A DNA stretch of 63,934 bases, counting the filler, from Octopus bimaculoides (taxonomy: Eukaryota), in NCBI RefSeq assembly GCF_001194135.2. It is 5 parts of 4 records of this genome, joined end to end, with 100 filler letters (N's around TTAATTAATTAA, not from the genome) between each part and the next. Parts side by side here need not be neighbours in the genome. Positions count along the whole stretch, not along the records: positions 31,534 to 59,612 come from NC_068982.1; 4 more parts are not named here. The stretch is one strand, 5' to 3'. The notes beneath the pieces are model-generated. The model was not told the DNA's origin and ran no database searches. It was given only the letters and a program-made list of their open reading frames with translations. This document shows, piece by piece, positions 34,800-48,129 of this stretch; positions within the stretch are counted from its first letter, which is position 1; every line of letters starts with the position of its first letter. A program made the position numbers and the translations under genes.

Positions 34800-35314
34800 G
34801 GTTTAAAAGAAACGTTTGGTGAGGAAATGACCAGTGAGTGGTCAGCTCGAAAATGGTTTAAACGATTTCGCAGTGGAGACCTGAGGCTTGAAGATCGTGA
34901 GTATAGTGGACGCCCATCTGTCATCGATGACGGTCAATTAAAGACCGTCATTAAGAAAGATCCACATAAAACCACTCGAGAACTAGCAAAAGAAGTTGAG
35001 GGAAATCGGCTACAAAGTTCTTCCACACTCAGCTTATTCCCCAGACCTTTTTCCTACCGACTACCACTTTTTCAAACACCTTCATGGTTTCCTGCGAAAA
35101 GAGTTCAAAAATCAAACCGATGATAAAAGTGCGTTCAAAGAGTTTATTAGCTCCAGAACTCCAGATTTTTATGTTACCGGAATAAAGAAACTTGTAACTC
35201 GTTGGCAGAAAAGTGTTGATTGTAATGGTACTTACTTTGATGAATAAAATTTGTGCATTGTTGAAATATAATGTGATGAATTTTGTTTCAAAACGTTGCT
35301 TACTTTTTACTCAG

Positions 35315-35319
<5 letters not shown>
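34800..35319 (+). mobile_element. Internally deleted mariner relic
   Basis: RKWFKRFRSGDLRLEDREYSGRPS (HTH) joined almost directly to YSPDLFPTDYHFF...RWQKSVDCNGTYFDE*; 3' TIR-like ...TTACTTTTTACTCAGTCT followed by TA. Confidence 0.88.
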
Positions 35320-35356
<37 letters not shown>

Positions 35357-35357
<1 letters not shown>

Positions 35358-35657
35358 GGGCGTTGTGAGTGTTTATTGAGCGAAAACAGCTAAAGCACCA
35401 CGAGGCTCCGGCAGGAGATGGTGGCGAACCCTGCTCTACTCTTTCTCTCACTCTTACTTCCTGTTTCTGTTGTGCCTGTAATTCAAAGGATCAGCCTTGT
35501 CATACTGTGCCACGTTGAATATCCTCGAGAACTACGTTAAAGGTACATGTGTCTGTGGAGTGCTCAGCCATTTGCACGTTAATTTCACGAGCAGGCTGTT
35601 CCGTTGATCGGATCAACTGGAACCCTCGACGTCGTAAGCGACGGAGTGCCAACAACA
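35357..35657 (+). mobile_element. SINE family A lacking its tRNA head (replaced by (CA)n)
   Basis: Collinear with 1930-2241 apart from a short internal deletion. Confidence 0.9.
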
Positions 35658-35762
35658 AGCATATATATGCAGACAAACATACAGATACACACGTCAAACA
35701 TATAGGGACAAACATATACACATATACATTCATATATATGTGTGTGTATGTGTGTATACACA

Positions 35763-35794
<32 letters not shown>

Positions 35795-35795
35795 T

Positions 35796-35828
<33 letters not shown>

Positions 35829-36619
35829 GTATGTATGTATATATGTATTTATGTATTATACACACAGAGGACACGTACAGTCACACGAAAATGACATTTA
35901 AAAAAAATAATATGCACATACAATAGGCCTGCACAAATAACTCTATATAAAGTTGTATTGCATTTCATTCCCTCACCAATAGGAAAAATCATAACAACGA
36001 TGGCAGTAACATCGACAAACGTTATGTCGTCACCCGATTTGCGAGAAATAGGAGCTAAATCTCCCACAAATCACATCGTACTTTCTTAAGAAAGGAACTT
36101 TTTTCCGTGAATCAGAACGGGGTACACAGTAATTCTAAAAGAAATCCTTTTTTTTTTTTATCTTAGTTCGATTTGATTAGAGTTGCTGAAACAAAACATA
36201 AGGAATTAAAGACTACGTCTACATACACTTAGCAGACAAATTAACAGATACAAATGCACCCCGTACACACATAGACTCTGTCTCTCCCTTCTAGTCCCTC
36301 CTTCTCTCTCGCACTCTCACTCCTTCCCTCTCTCTTTCTTTCTTTCTCTCTCTCCCTCTCTCTCACGGACACACGCACACATACTATCAAACAAACATAC
36401 ACACACTAATATATGCACACACAAAGACATATCCAAACAGACATCTCAATCTGAGCGTATATGTATCTGCATAAATGTATGTAGATATGTGTATATACAT
36501 AAACATATGTACACACACATACATATATATATATATGTGTGTGTATATATATAAATACATATATATTTATATATATATGTGTATATGTATATGTGTATGT
36601 ATGTATATATATATATATA

Positions 36620-36945
36620 CCAAATTTTGGCATTGAAAGCTACACCAATGCCAGAACGGGACGGCACTGCATAGTGCCAAAGATCCCAGCAATGCCATCG
36701 CGCTTCAGGACCAGTTACTGCAACAGCTTGGGATTCAGGGGCCCACAGCTTTTTAATATTCTCCCAAAGAGCCTGAGGAATCTGCACAAAGTAGATGTAG
36801 GAGTTTTTAAATCAAAGCTGGACCTCTTCCTATCGAGAGTCCCAGATGAACCTACCTCGCGGCAGGAGGTGCAAATGAGAGTTGCTAAATCAAACTCCAT
36901 TCTTCACCAAGTGCCACATATTGTAAGAGGCTCCCTGTGATAACA
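36620..36945 (+). mobile_element. 3' end of ORF2 of a CR1-like LINE
   Basis: RTGRHCIVP...[22 protein letters not shown]...[16 protein letters not shown]...AKSNSILHQ*, a typical CR1-clade RT C-terminus; stop-free in this piece. Confidence 0.85.
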
Positions 36946-37314
36946 GTGTAGCNNNNNNNNNNNNNNNNNNNNNNNNNNNNNNNNNNNNNNNNNNNNNNNN
37001 NNNNNNNNNNNNNNNNNNNNNNNNNNNNNNNNNNNNNNNNNNNNNNNNNNNNNNNNNNNNNNNNNNNNNNNNNNNNNNNNNNNNNNNNNNNNNNNNNNNN
37101 NNNNNNNNNNNNNNNNNNNNNNNNNNNNNNNNNNNNNNNNNNNNNNNNNNNNNNNNNNNNNNNNNNNNNNNNNNNNNNNNNNNNNNNNNNNNNNNNNNNN
37201 NNNNNNNNNNNNNNNNNNNNNNNNNNNNNNNNNNNNNNNNNNNNNNNNNNNNNNNNNNNNNNNNNNNNNNNNNNNNNNNNNNNNNNNNNNNNNNNNNNNN
37301 NNNNNNNNNNNNNN

Positions 37315-37357
37315 NTGTCAAGCAGTGGGGAGGACAAACACATACACACACATAGAA

Positions 37358-37433
<76 letters not shown>

Positions 37434-37580
37434 GACGATGGGCTTCTTTAAGTTTCCGTCCTCCAAATCCACTCACAAGGCTTTGGTCAGCCAAAGGCTA
37501 TGGTAGAAGACACTTGCTCAAGATGCCATGCAGAGGGACTGAACCTGAAACCATGTGGTTGGGATCCTTACCACAGTCAC
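37315..37580 (-). mobile_element. SINE family B (partial)
   Basis: rc head segment at 37435-37575 with a central CA/TA tract. Confidence 0.85.
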
Positions 37581-37589
37581 ACCAATGCC

Positions 37590-38474
37590 TATATACATAC
37601 ATACCTTATATACATGCATATACATACATACATACATACATAAATATATACATACATACATACATGTATACATGTATATAAATATACTTACATATATACA
37701 TAATACTTACACACACTTACATACATACATGCATACATACATACATGCATACATGTATACATATATACATACATACATATATATATGTATATATGTACAT
37801 AGATATACTTATTCCGCGCGCACACGCACACACAGATATTTATGTATATATACATATGTATTTATGTATATATGTCATATATTTAAAGAAATTGCACTCA
37901 CACGCATTCTTTTATACACACTCTTCATCATTCCTCAGTTCTCTCTTTTCCTCCTTCTCTCTCTTTCTTTCACTTTCTTTCTCTCTCTTTATCTCTCTTT
38001 CTTCCTCTCTCTCTCTCTCTCTTTCTCCTCTCTTACACACACGCATATTTGTACATATGACCACACACACTGTCTCTTTCCCTTGTTCATGCACATATTG
38101 AAGTTCTTTTACATATATATACGTACGATCATATCCAATCACACGTAATCACACACACACACATAAACACACACAGATACAGAACATAAACACACACGCA
38201 TGTCTATACACATGCACATACACATACATTGAACATGGAGAGAGAAGAAAAAAAGGAAAAGAAATTGTAGAAGTCTATGGAATGATAAATCTAAAAGAAA
38301 TCCTGCTGGAATTAAGTCGGAGAGAATAAATGCAATATTCGCTTGAATGGGTTGAGGCTCAATTCAATTTTGGTAAAATGCTGGCATGGACTTTGGCAGA
38401 TAATAACCAATAATCATGGGCTGGGTCTGTAGAGTAGAAAGAGAAAGTGTGTGAGAGACAGCGAGAGAAAGAGG

Positions 38475-38520
<46 letters not shown>

Positions 38521-38953
38521 GGGAGAGAGGTAGGGAGAGAGAGAAAGATTTGCAGTGGTAGTTTCCTCTCCCATTCTCTCTTTCTCTTTCTACATCGCTC
38601 TCTCTTTCCTTCTCTTCTTCTCTCATTCTCTCTTTCTCTCTTTCTCTCTCTCTCTCTCTNNNNNNNNNNNNNNNNNNNNNNNNNNNNNNNNNNNNNNNNN
38701 NNNNNNNNNNNNNNNNNNNNNNNNNNNNNNNNNNNNNNNNNNNNNNNNNNNNNNNNNNNNNNNNNNNNNNNNNNNNNNNNNNNNNNNNNNNNNNNNNNNN
38801 NNNNNNNNNNNNNNNNNNNNNNNNNNNNNNNNNNNNNNNNNNNNNNNNNNNNNNNNNNNNNNNNNNNNNNNNNNNNNNNNNNNNNNNNNNNNNNNNNNNN
38901 NNNNNNNNNNNNNNNNNNNNNNNNNNNTATATATATACGTATATACATACATG

Positions 38954-38987
<34 letters not shown>

Positions 38988-40235
38988 TATGTAGGTATAT
39001 ATGTATACACACACAAACATATATTAGCGATGGTGTCAGTATTGCTATATATATATATATGTGTATATATATATATAGCAATATATATATATATTTATGT
39101 ATGCATATATATGTGTGTGTGTGTGTGTTTGTATGTGTGTGTATATATGTATGTATGCATATATATAGATAAATATATAGATAGATACACACACACACAC
39201 ACACACACACATACACACACACACACATACACATACACACACATACACACACACACACATACACAAACACGTATTTAGAGAGTGATAGGGAGGGAGAGGA
39301 GTACAGTGAGATGATGAGAGAGTGAGAAATATAAAGAAACCAAGGTAGAGACATTTATAGGCAGATTGGAAGAAACACTTCTCTCTTACACACGCTCGTT
39401 TTCTCTATTTCAGGTTGTTCACCGTTTTGTTTTCACTCTCTCAATAGGTATATCGTTTTTATCTATATCTCTATCCATTTCTCTCTCTCTACCTCTCTCT
39501 CTCTCTTTCTCCCTCTAAATATACATGGTCGTGTGTGAGTGTGTATGTGTATCGCTATACGACTGCATGCATATACCATATATTTCATATATATTACATA
39601 CAACATATANNNNNNNNNNNNNNNNNNNNNNNNNNNNNNNNNNNNNNATATATATATATATATACATATGTTCTGTTTGTGAATATGTGTAAATATATGT
39701 GTGAATATGTACGTACGGGTGCGGGCGGGTGTTCGCGCGCGAGAGTGTATGTGCGTTTTCTTTTCAGCTGATTTGATTGTATATAATTTTTTTCTCGTAG
39801 TTTACCATTTCTTTCCTCTATCCATCGAATTCCATATAGCTACATTCTGCGTCTCCCTCTCTCATTTTAAGTACATATTTGTGTGTGTGTGTGTATGTGT
39901 GTGTGGTGTGTCTGTGTGTTTGCGTGAGCCTGTGTCTTCGTGCGCGCGCGAGTGTGTGCGCACGCACGCGTGTGTATACGTAAATTGTGTATAACATGTT
40001 AGCATTTAGTATATTATGTACGTGCATATATATATATATATATATATTTATGTATATATATATATAACATATATATACATATGTTATATATATATTCTAT
40101 ATGTATACATATATACACATATATATGAACACGTATGTTCATATGTGTGTGTGTGTGTGTGTGTTTGTGTGTGTGTGCGTGTGTGTGTGTGTGTATACTC
40201 ACATATGTATCTATATGCGCTCGTATTTCCTGTAT
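37590..40235. repeat. 2.6-kb microsatellite mosaic (ATAC, TA, CA, CT/GA, GT) with two N gaps
   Basis: Read directly; the source of most spurious ORFs in the track here. Confidence 0.9.
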
Positions 40236-40240
40236 ATATA

Positions 40241-40469
40241 CTCTTTTACTCTTTTATTTGTTTCAGTCAATTGACTGCGACCATGCTGGAGCACCGCCTT
40301 TAGTCGAACAAATCGACTCCAGGACTTATTCTTTGTAAGCCTAGTACTTATTCTATCGGACCCGTTTGCCGAACTGTTAAGTTACGGTGACGTGAACACA
40401 CCAACATCGGTTGTCAAGTGATGGTGGGGGGCGGACAAACACAGACACACATACATACACTCGCACGCC

Positions 40470-40515
<46 letters not shown>

Positions 40516-40670
40516 CGATGGGCTTCTTTCAGTTTCCATCTACCAAATCCACTCACAAGGCTTTGGTCGGCGCGAAGCTAGAGCAGAAGACACTTGCCCA
40601 AAGTGCCACGCAGTAGGACTGAACTCTGAACCATGTGGTTGGTAAGCAAGCAACTTACCACACAACCACT
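40241..40670 (-). mobile_element. SINE family B, near complete, head clipped by the adjacent transposon
   Basis: Tail CTCTTTTACTCTTTT at 40241; head ends ACCACT, with the expected CCTGCGCC missing. Confidence 0.9.
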
Positions 40671-40672
40671 CA

Positions 40673-41425
40673 CAGGGTGCGATGGGTAAATTGTTGCCAT
40701 TTTATATTTTTAATTTTGTGCATGCGCATTGTCTTTTTATATTTTGTCGACTACAAAGTATAGTAGGGTCAGTTGGGCACCGTCTGTGAGAAAAACAGCA
40801 CCATGACGCAATTCACTCTGCCAGAAATTTAGAAACGACATGCTGTACTACTTGGCATTCGCGCCCGAAGCTCTAATACGAACATTTCTGTGTTTGGGTG
40901 TCAATCTGAGGACGGTGCAGCCTGAGGACATGTACCGAGAATGATAAAAACCAAACATCCAGTCAACATCATGGTGCTTGGAGTGATCATTAGTTTATGG
41001 CGACGTTATGCCTCCATTCACCTTACCGCACGGCCTCACACTCAACACGGAGGTCTACATCAAGTGCCTGGAGGAGGTAGTGCAGCCCTGGGTCAAGAGG
41101 CTGGCTGCTGGAAGAACATATGTCTGGCACAGGACTCTGGACCATGCCACACAAGCAAGAGGACCCAGTCATAGCTGTCAGACAATTTTTGCAACCACAT
41201 CAACCCTAACATCTGATCACTTAACTTCCCAGACTGCAAACCCCTTGCTGATTATATGTGGGGCGCATTTGAGCGAGAGACCAACGAAACTCCTTGTAAC
41301 ACCAAAAATGAACTGAAGGCAAGGATTATGACAGCATTCACCAACTTATACAAGGAGACCTTCCAGAAGAGTTGCAGGAGATTCCAAAGTCATCTGGAGT
41401 GTGTGGTTGAAGCCAATGGCGATAT
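40673..41425 (+). mobile_element. Internally deleted DD37D (maT-type) Tc1/mariner relic
   Basis: Starts with TIR-like CAGGGTGCGATGGG. N-terminal MTQFTLPE.. is joined to KTKHPVNIMVLG. In QDSGPCH...PDCKPL(A)DYMWG there are 37 codons between the second D and the third catalytic position (GAT mutated to GCT). Confidence 0.8.
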
Positions 41426-42329
41426 ATATATATACATTTTATATATATATATATATATATATNNNNNNNNNNNNNNNNNNNNNNNNNNNNNNNNNNNNNN
41501 NNNNNNNNNNNNNNNNNNNNNNNNNNNNNNNNNNNNNNNNNNNNNNNNNNNNNNNNNNNNNNNNNNNNNNNNNNNNNNNNNNNNNNNNNNNNNNNNNNNN
41601 NNNNNNNNNNNNNNNNNNNNNNNNNNNNNNNNNNNNNNNNNNNNNNNNNNNNNNNNNNNNNNNNNNNNNNNNNNNNNNNNNNNNNNNNNNNNNNNNNNNN
41701 NNNNNNNNNNNNNNNNNNNNNNNNNNNNNNNNNNNNNNNNNNNNNNNNNNNNNNNNNNNNNNNNNNNNNNNNNNNNNNNNNNNNNNNNNNNNNNNNNNNN
41801 NNNNNNNNNNNNNNNNNNNNNNNNNNNNNNNNNNNNNNNNNNNNNNNNNNNNNNNNNNNNNNNNNNNNNNNNNNNNNNNNNNNNNNNNNNNNNNNNNNNN
41901 NNNNNNNNNNNNNNNNNNNNNNNNNNNNNNNNNNNNNNNNNNNNNNNNNNNNNNNNNNNNNNNNNNNNNNNNNNNNNNNNNNNNNNNNNNNNNNNNNNNN
42001 NNNNNNNNNNNNNNNNNNNNNNNNNNNNNNNNNNNNNNNNNNNNNNNNNNNNNNNNNNNNNNNNNNNNNNNNNNNNNNNNNNNNNNNNNNNNNNNNNNNN
42101 NNNNNNNATCTCACCTCCATAGATTTGGCTGCTATTTCTAGCAGGATCTGCTACCATGTAATAGCTATTTGCGATAAAGGGCCCGAAATACCTGTTACGT
42201 GCTAATAGGGCCTGCAAAGAGTAACAACCAAATCTTTCCTTTTCTGGAGAAAGGTGCCGTTTACGCGTGATTTCGATGTCACATTCGTTGAAAGCATGCG
42301 AAATAAAATGGAAAAGAAAAAAAAACCCA

Positions 42330-42430
42330 CGAAACAAAACCCCGTTGCTGCAAAACTCAGACTTTCCCGGTCACGGGTTGTCTATTGTATATATATAAAA
42401 ACTGGGAGCGTGAGCACGAGAAGTGAAAGA
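42330..42430 (+). promoter_or_regulatory. Possible TATA-containing core promoter
   Basis: TATATATATAAAAA at about 42388-42401 inside an unusually CpG-rich, non-repeat stretch (42150-42480), followed by a (CT)n tract. No transcript evidence. Confidence 0.2.
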
Positions 42431-42562
42431 AAGGTGATTAGTATGCACTCCCGCTGGTGAATTGTTCAGTAGCAGAGTGAAGAAAACTTTTTATATATAC
42501 AAGTATAAAGAAAAATATTTTTATTTTGAAACAGTAACTTTATATGTTACATCTGCCAATGC

Positions 42563-42567
<5 letters not shown>

Positions 42568-42647
<80 letters not shown>

Positions 42648-42822
42648 TCTTTGTCTCTCTCTCTCTTTCTCTCTCATTCTCTCCCTTCTCCTCTCCCTCC
42701 TAATCTATCTATCTCTCCCTTTCTCTCTCTCTATCTATCTATTTATCTTTAACTCTCTTTCTCTCTCCCTTTCTCTCTCTTTCTCTCTCCCGTTCTCTCT
42801 CTTTCTCTTTCTCTTTCTTTCC
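42568..42822. repeat. (CT)n polypyrimidine tract
   Basis: Read directly. Confidence 0.95.
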
Positions 42823-43544
42823 TCTGTACGTGTGTATGTACCTGTGTATGTATGTGTAGATAAAGAGAGAGGAGGATGTTAGTTGTTTGGTATCTTTGTG
42901 CTTATAGTATCTTATTCAATAAGTACAATTCGAATCGGCCACAATCGCCACATCATATATTTATTTTGATATATAAAGTAGCAAAGTGTTTAGTTTGTTT
43001 TTTTTTTGTTTTTTTTGTTTTTTTTTTCGTATTCTTGAACATTTTATCTAATTATTTGCTTTCTCAACATTCTCTCACATTTATTATTGTCTTTCATTTC
43101 CGGTCAAAAGTTCTGACATGAATTCATACAAAAACAAGACAGCCACAAGATGGTAGTTAAACCTACTAATAGTAGCAACCAAAACCTCCCTCGAATTACA
43201 TCTTATTTTCTGTCTTTTGAATATATAATAACATTTTCAGGATCCAATAGAGTCAGATATTTAAATAGAAAAATAAAACGCCAAGGCAGAGTCAGAGGTA
43301 GCGCAACAGTTCACTAACAATGTGTACTGGTATATACGAACTTACTAAAGTAAATATAGATTTGTCATTCGTTATACACTCATTCACAAGTACTGAGAAA
43401 ATATACAGCGTGTTCTCAAAGCCACACAGGAGTATATGCATCGCACGTATTCCACAGACGACGATAGGCTCCACATCCAAAAGTATGAAAGGTTCCGAGT
43501 TAGGTGAAAAATTAACAATAACTTAGATGGGTTGAGGTTCACTA

Positions 43545-43862
43545 TAGCTGTTTCAAGCGTGTCCTTTATTAATGAACAAATGTGTTGCATCATGCAAAAA
43601 AAAACGTTTTCTTTAGGTAAATAAAGAAAAAATTTAACACTTAGATATCCTCGCAAAATAGAATTAAATGCAAAATGAACCTACCAACCAGGTTATGGCT
43701 GTAACCTGATTGGTAGGGTCATTTTGCACTGGTTCTATTTTGTGAGAAAGTCTAAGTGTTAAATTGTCTCTTTATTCACCAGAGGAAAACTTTTTTTTTT
43801 TTTGCTTTTTTGTATGATGTAACAGTTTTGTTCATCAATAAAGAACACGCCTGAAACAGCTG
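43545..43862. mobile_element. 318-bp fold-back element with a 6-nt loop (Tc1/mariner-like MITE)
   Basis: 43545-43695 pairs with 43702-43862 at roughly 80% identity by eye; ends (C/T)AGCTGTTTCA / TGAAACAGCTG; TA on the left, TT on the right. Confidence 0.85.
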
Positions 43863-43899
43863 TTATTGTTGATGGGGGGCGCGTGCGTGTGTTATTACG

Positions 43900-44170
43900 G
43901 CATCGATCAGATTACCGGTTGTTGTCATACATAGCTAGTTACAATGCTCTTGCATCGTTTTAGCTTTCGAATGATGCCACCACACTGGCTATGCAAGAGG
44001 GCCAACATCCCCCGTGATTGGAAGACTAGTCCATCGCAGAGTTACATCGGAGTGGACTAAAGCTTATCCAAATGAAATGCTTTGCTTAAGAACACAACGT
44101 ACAGCCGGTCTGAGAACCGAAACCACAATCTCACGTTCGTGGGTACCACACCCCTAACAACTATGCCACA
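43900..44170 (-). mobile_element. Degenerate SINE with a family D head and a distinct tail
   Basis: TGCTTTGCTTAAGAACACAAC...CCTAACAACTATGCCAC matches the D head at 55240-55350, but 43900-44070 differs from the D tail. Confidence 0.65.
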
Positions 44171-45554
44171 TATACATATACATGCATGCGTGTGTGTGCG
44201 TGTGTGTGTATTTATATATATGTATGTGTGCATGAGCCAACGAGGTAACACTTCTGTATGATGGCGAAACTGCGTTGAAAATACAACATAATCTCCTTCT
44301 AACTACCTGCTACTGTCTCATATATCTGTATTGGAATGAGTGGAAGTGCCAACAAAGGAGATCTCTCTATGGTACCACGTTATGCTAGAAATATCACTTT
44401 CAAATGAAAATCTACTTTCTTACGAATAAACTATCGTGGGAGCAACTAAGAGGCAGGCGGACCTAGCAGAAACTACAGCCAAATTTCCATACGAGTACAC
44501 CTAACCGTTTTATGAGTAAAAGTCGAGAAAGTGGCACAACTAAAATTAGGTCCTGAATTACAGGAACGAATGGGATAGAACCCGAAAGCATATGATTGCA
44601 AAGTTAGTTTCTAAGTCACACAGCCATGATTACAGTTTACTAAAATCGTTTAGAAAATTGGAGATTCAATCTTCTTGATTACTAATAGTCAATTTATGTG
44701 AAATTGTCAGCTTCAACGCGATAACGTTACAACAGACCAATAAAAATATCATAATAATTATAATTAATTATATTTCTTTTACCTCAATAGTGTATTGTAT
44801 TCATATTTTTGTTCTAAAAAATCTCAAATATCTGAATAATGAATTTTTTATGTACGGATTTTACATCTGAAGCTCATTTTCAATATTTTACTCAACTATA
44901 AAAATGTCAGTTTTCGTATCTATTTTGTATAGTAAAAAAATTTATATAATATTTATGTCGTCGACTCCTTCGGTTGTGTGATACATACAACTTTTACTCT
45001 CTCACCCTCACTCTTTCTCTGCTTGTCATTTACTAAACATAACCATCTCCCTCTCATTCTTTCTCTGTAGTGTTCGTAATTCTCTCTAACGGGTAACGTT
45101 GCCAATAATTGTCACTCGATAAACGTAGCCATTTAGAATTAATATTTTTTCAAAATATTGTTTCTTATGTTTTGTTTTGTTTTGTTTTGAGATAGATAAT
45201 TGTATGTGCGCAATTGTTTTAAAATTTTAACTCACAACAGCTTATTCCAAAATTTAATTCCACCAACCCCTATCCCACCCCGCATTCAATTAATTCCTTT
45301 TCTCTGAAACTACATCACTATTTCTCCTTGACGCAATAAACAAATAAAATCGGTTTTATGGTGGATATCGACATTTCGTTGTATTTTGAGGCACTTCGAC
45401 ATTTCGTTGTATTTTGAGTCATCTCGAACGAATTTCGATCGCTAGTTTGTGGTATCCACACAAATAGTGCAGAGTCTATGGGCTGCTGTGCTACAATGCT
45501 GCACAGGGAAAACAAAATTGAATTACGAATTATAAGCAACTCTAATAATCTGCT

Positions 45555-45980
45555 CTATTAAAGGCACAAAGCCTGAAATTTGTGTAGAGGGGACTAGTCG
45601 ATTAAATCGACTCCAGTGTTTCACTGGTACTTAATTTATCGACCTCAAAAGGATGAAAGGCAAAGTCGACCTCGGTGGAATTTGAACTCAGGAAGTCAAG
45701 ATGGACGAAATACCGTTAAGCATTTCGTCCAGCATGCTAACAATTCTTATTTCTTTACTGCCCACAAGGGGCTAAACACAGAGAGGACAAACAAGGATAG
45801 ACACAAGGATTAAGTCGAATACATCGACCCCAGTCCGTAACTGGTACTTAATTCATCAACCCCGAAAGGATGAAAGGCAAAGTCGACCTCGGCGGAATTT
45901 GAATTCAGAACGTAACGGCAGACGAAATGCCGCTAAACATTTCGTCCGGCGTGCTAACGTTTCTGCCAGCTCATCGCATT
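45555..45980 (-). mobile_element. Two tandem family C SINEs (tail variant 1 then variant 2)
   Basis: Cores at about 45620-45740 and 45835-45975; variant tail CCACAAGGGGCTAAACAC at 45750-45830. Confidence 0.9.
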
Positions 45981-47171
45981 ACCTAAGCAGCTCTAATAAT
46001 ACAAACATGCTTTACCTGTGGAAGCCGGCCGAGCTCGCTCTGAGCACTAACTTTTTTTTACAATGAAAGTACCAACCACCTTTGACAATGGGTGAAGAGC
46101 ATCCCCGAAGAAACCTTGCGAGCTCAAACGACCAGGAAGTGGGNNNNNNNNNNNNNNNNNNNNNNNNNNNNNNNNNNNNNNNNNNNNNNNNNNNNNNNNN
46201 NNNNNNNNNNNNNNNNNNNNNNNNNNNNNNNNNNNNNNNNNNNNNNNNNNNNNNNNNNNNNNNNNNNNNNNNNNNNNNNNNNNNNNNNNNNNNNNNNNNN
46301 NNNNNNNNNNNNNNNNNNNNNNNNNNNNNNNNNNNNNNNNNNNNNNNNNNNNNNNNNNNNNNNNNNNNNNNNNNNNNNNNNNNNNNNNNNNNNNNNNNNN
46401 NNNNNNNNNNNNNNNNNNNNNNNNNNNNNNNNNNNNNNNNNNNNNNNNNNNNNNNNNNNNNNNNNNNNNNNNNNNNNNNNNNNNNNNNNNNNNNNNNNNN
46501 NNNNNNNNNNNNNNNNNNNNNNNNNNNNNNNNNNNNNNNNNNNNNNNNNNNNNNNNNNNNNNNNNNNNNNNNNNNNNNNNNNNNNNNNNNNNNNNNNNNN
46601 NNNNNNNNNNNNNNNNNNNNNNNNNNNNNNNNNNNNNNNNNNNNNNNNNNNNNNNNNNNNNNNNNNNNNNNNNNNNNNNNNNNNNNNNNNNNNNNNNNNN
46701 NNNNNNNNNNNNNNNNNNNNNNNNNNNNNNNNNNNNNNNNNNNNNNNNNNNNNNNNNNNNNNNNNNNNNNNNNNNNNNNNNNNNNNNNNNNNNNNNNNNN
46801 NNNNNNNNNNNNNNNNNNNNNNNNNNNNNNNNNNNNNNNNNNNNNNNNNNNNNNNNNNNNNNNNNNNNNNNNNNNNNNNNNNNNNNNNNNNNNNNNNNNN
46901 NNNNNNNNNNNNNNNNNNNNNNNNGTGTGTGTATGAATGTATGTGTGCATATATATATATATGTATATATGTATGTGTGCATATATATATATATGTATAT
47001 ATGTATGTGTGCATATATATATGTATATATATGTATATGTATATATGTGTGTGTATGCAAGCATATATAAGGATATACTCACACGCACACGTATATATAT
47101 ATATATATATTTATATACGCACGAACATACATGTTTGCATGTCTAAATAATGTGCACACACATTCAAGTAG

Positions 47172-47248
<77 letters not shown>

Positions 47249-47919
47249 GATAGATATACATAAATGCCTACATACATACGTGCTTACATTCATACATACA
47301 TACATATATACATACACCTATAGAATCACACATGGCAAAACTTATCTATTTACGACACCAAAGGACACGGTAAACAATCAGTCAAACCACCAGTATCCCG
47401 CCCATATCCAACCATATTTCCTGCCAACCAAACAAACAACAAAGCATTCAGCCATCTTTCAACAATCATGGGTGGCTTTCTTGTATACAATCAGCATAGG
47501 CTTCAACCGTTACACGTATGTGTGTATGTATATATATACATATANNNNNNNNNNNNNNNNNNNNNNNNNNNNNNNNNNNNNNNNNNNNNNNNNNNNNNNN
47601 NNNNNNNNNNNNNNNNNNNNNNNNNNNNNNNNNNNNNNNNNNNNNNNNNNNNNNNNNNNNNNNNNNNNNNNNNNNNNNNNNNNNNNNNNNNNNNATATAT
47701 GGCCAAGCACATATACAATACTTTAACTTTTATGTCTTTTGGCAAACGCATATATTGCATTAAGTATTTAAAGCTGACTTTTTCAGTTTGCTGTTTTGTT
47801 AAGATTATTTTAGAAGCTTGATGACTGCTTCATGTTCAGTTATATATTTGTACACATTCATGCTTGCATGTATGTATGTATGTATGTATGTATGTATGTA
47901 TAGATTCATATGTCTTTTT

Positions 47920-48100
47920 TTGTACTTGTTTCACTCATTTGACAGTAGCCATGCCGAAGCACCGCGTTTAGTTGAACAAATCGACCCCAAAACTTATACT
48001 TTGTAAGCCTGGTATTTATTCTATCCGTCGCTTTTGCCGAACCGCTAAGTTACGGGGACGAAAACACACCAACACCGGTTGTCAAACGATGGTGGGGGAC
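47920..48100 (-). mobile_element. SINE family B, 3' half
   Basis: Matches 8740-8920 and 40255-40430. Confidence 0.88.
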
Positions 48101-48129
48101 ACACATTTTTTCCACTGTTGGAAGCAGTA

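Noticed and set aside
45368-45418. 23-bp direct repeat
   Set aside because: A simple local tandem duplication with only two units and no further structure.
8691-47821. Long ORFs of 200-370 aa in the track
   Set aside because: They consist mostly of X from N gaps plus translated microsatellites; not evidence of coding.
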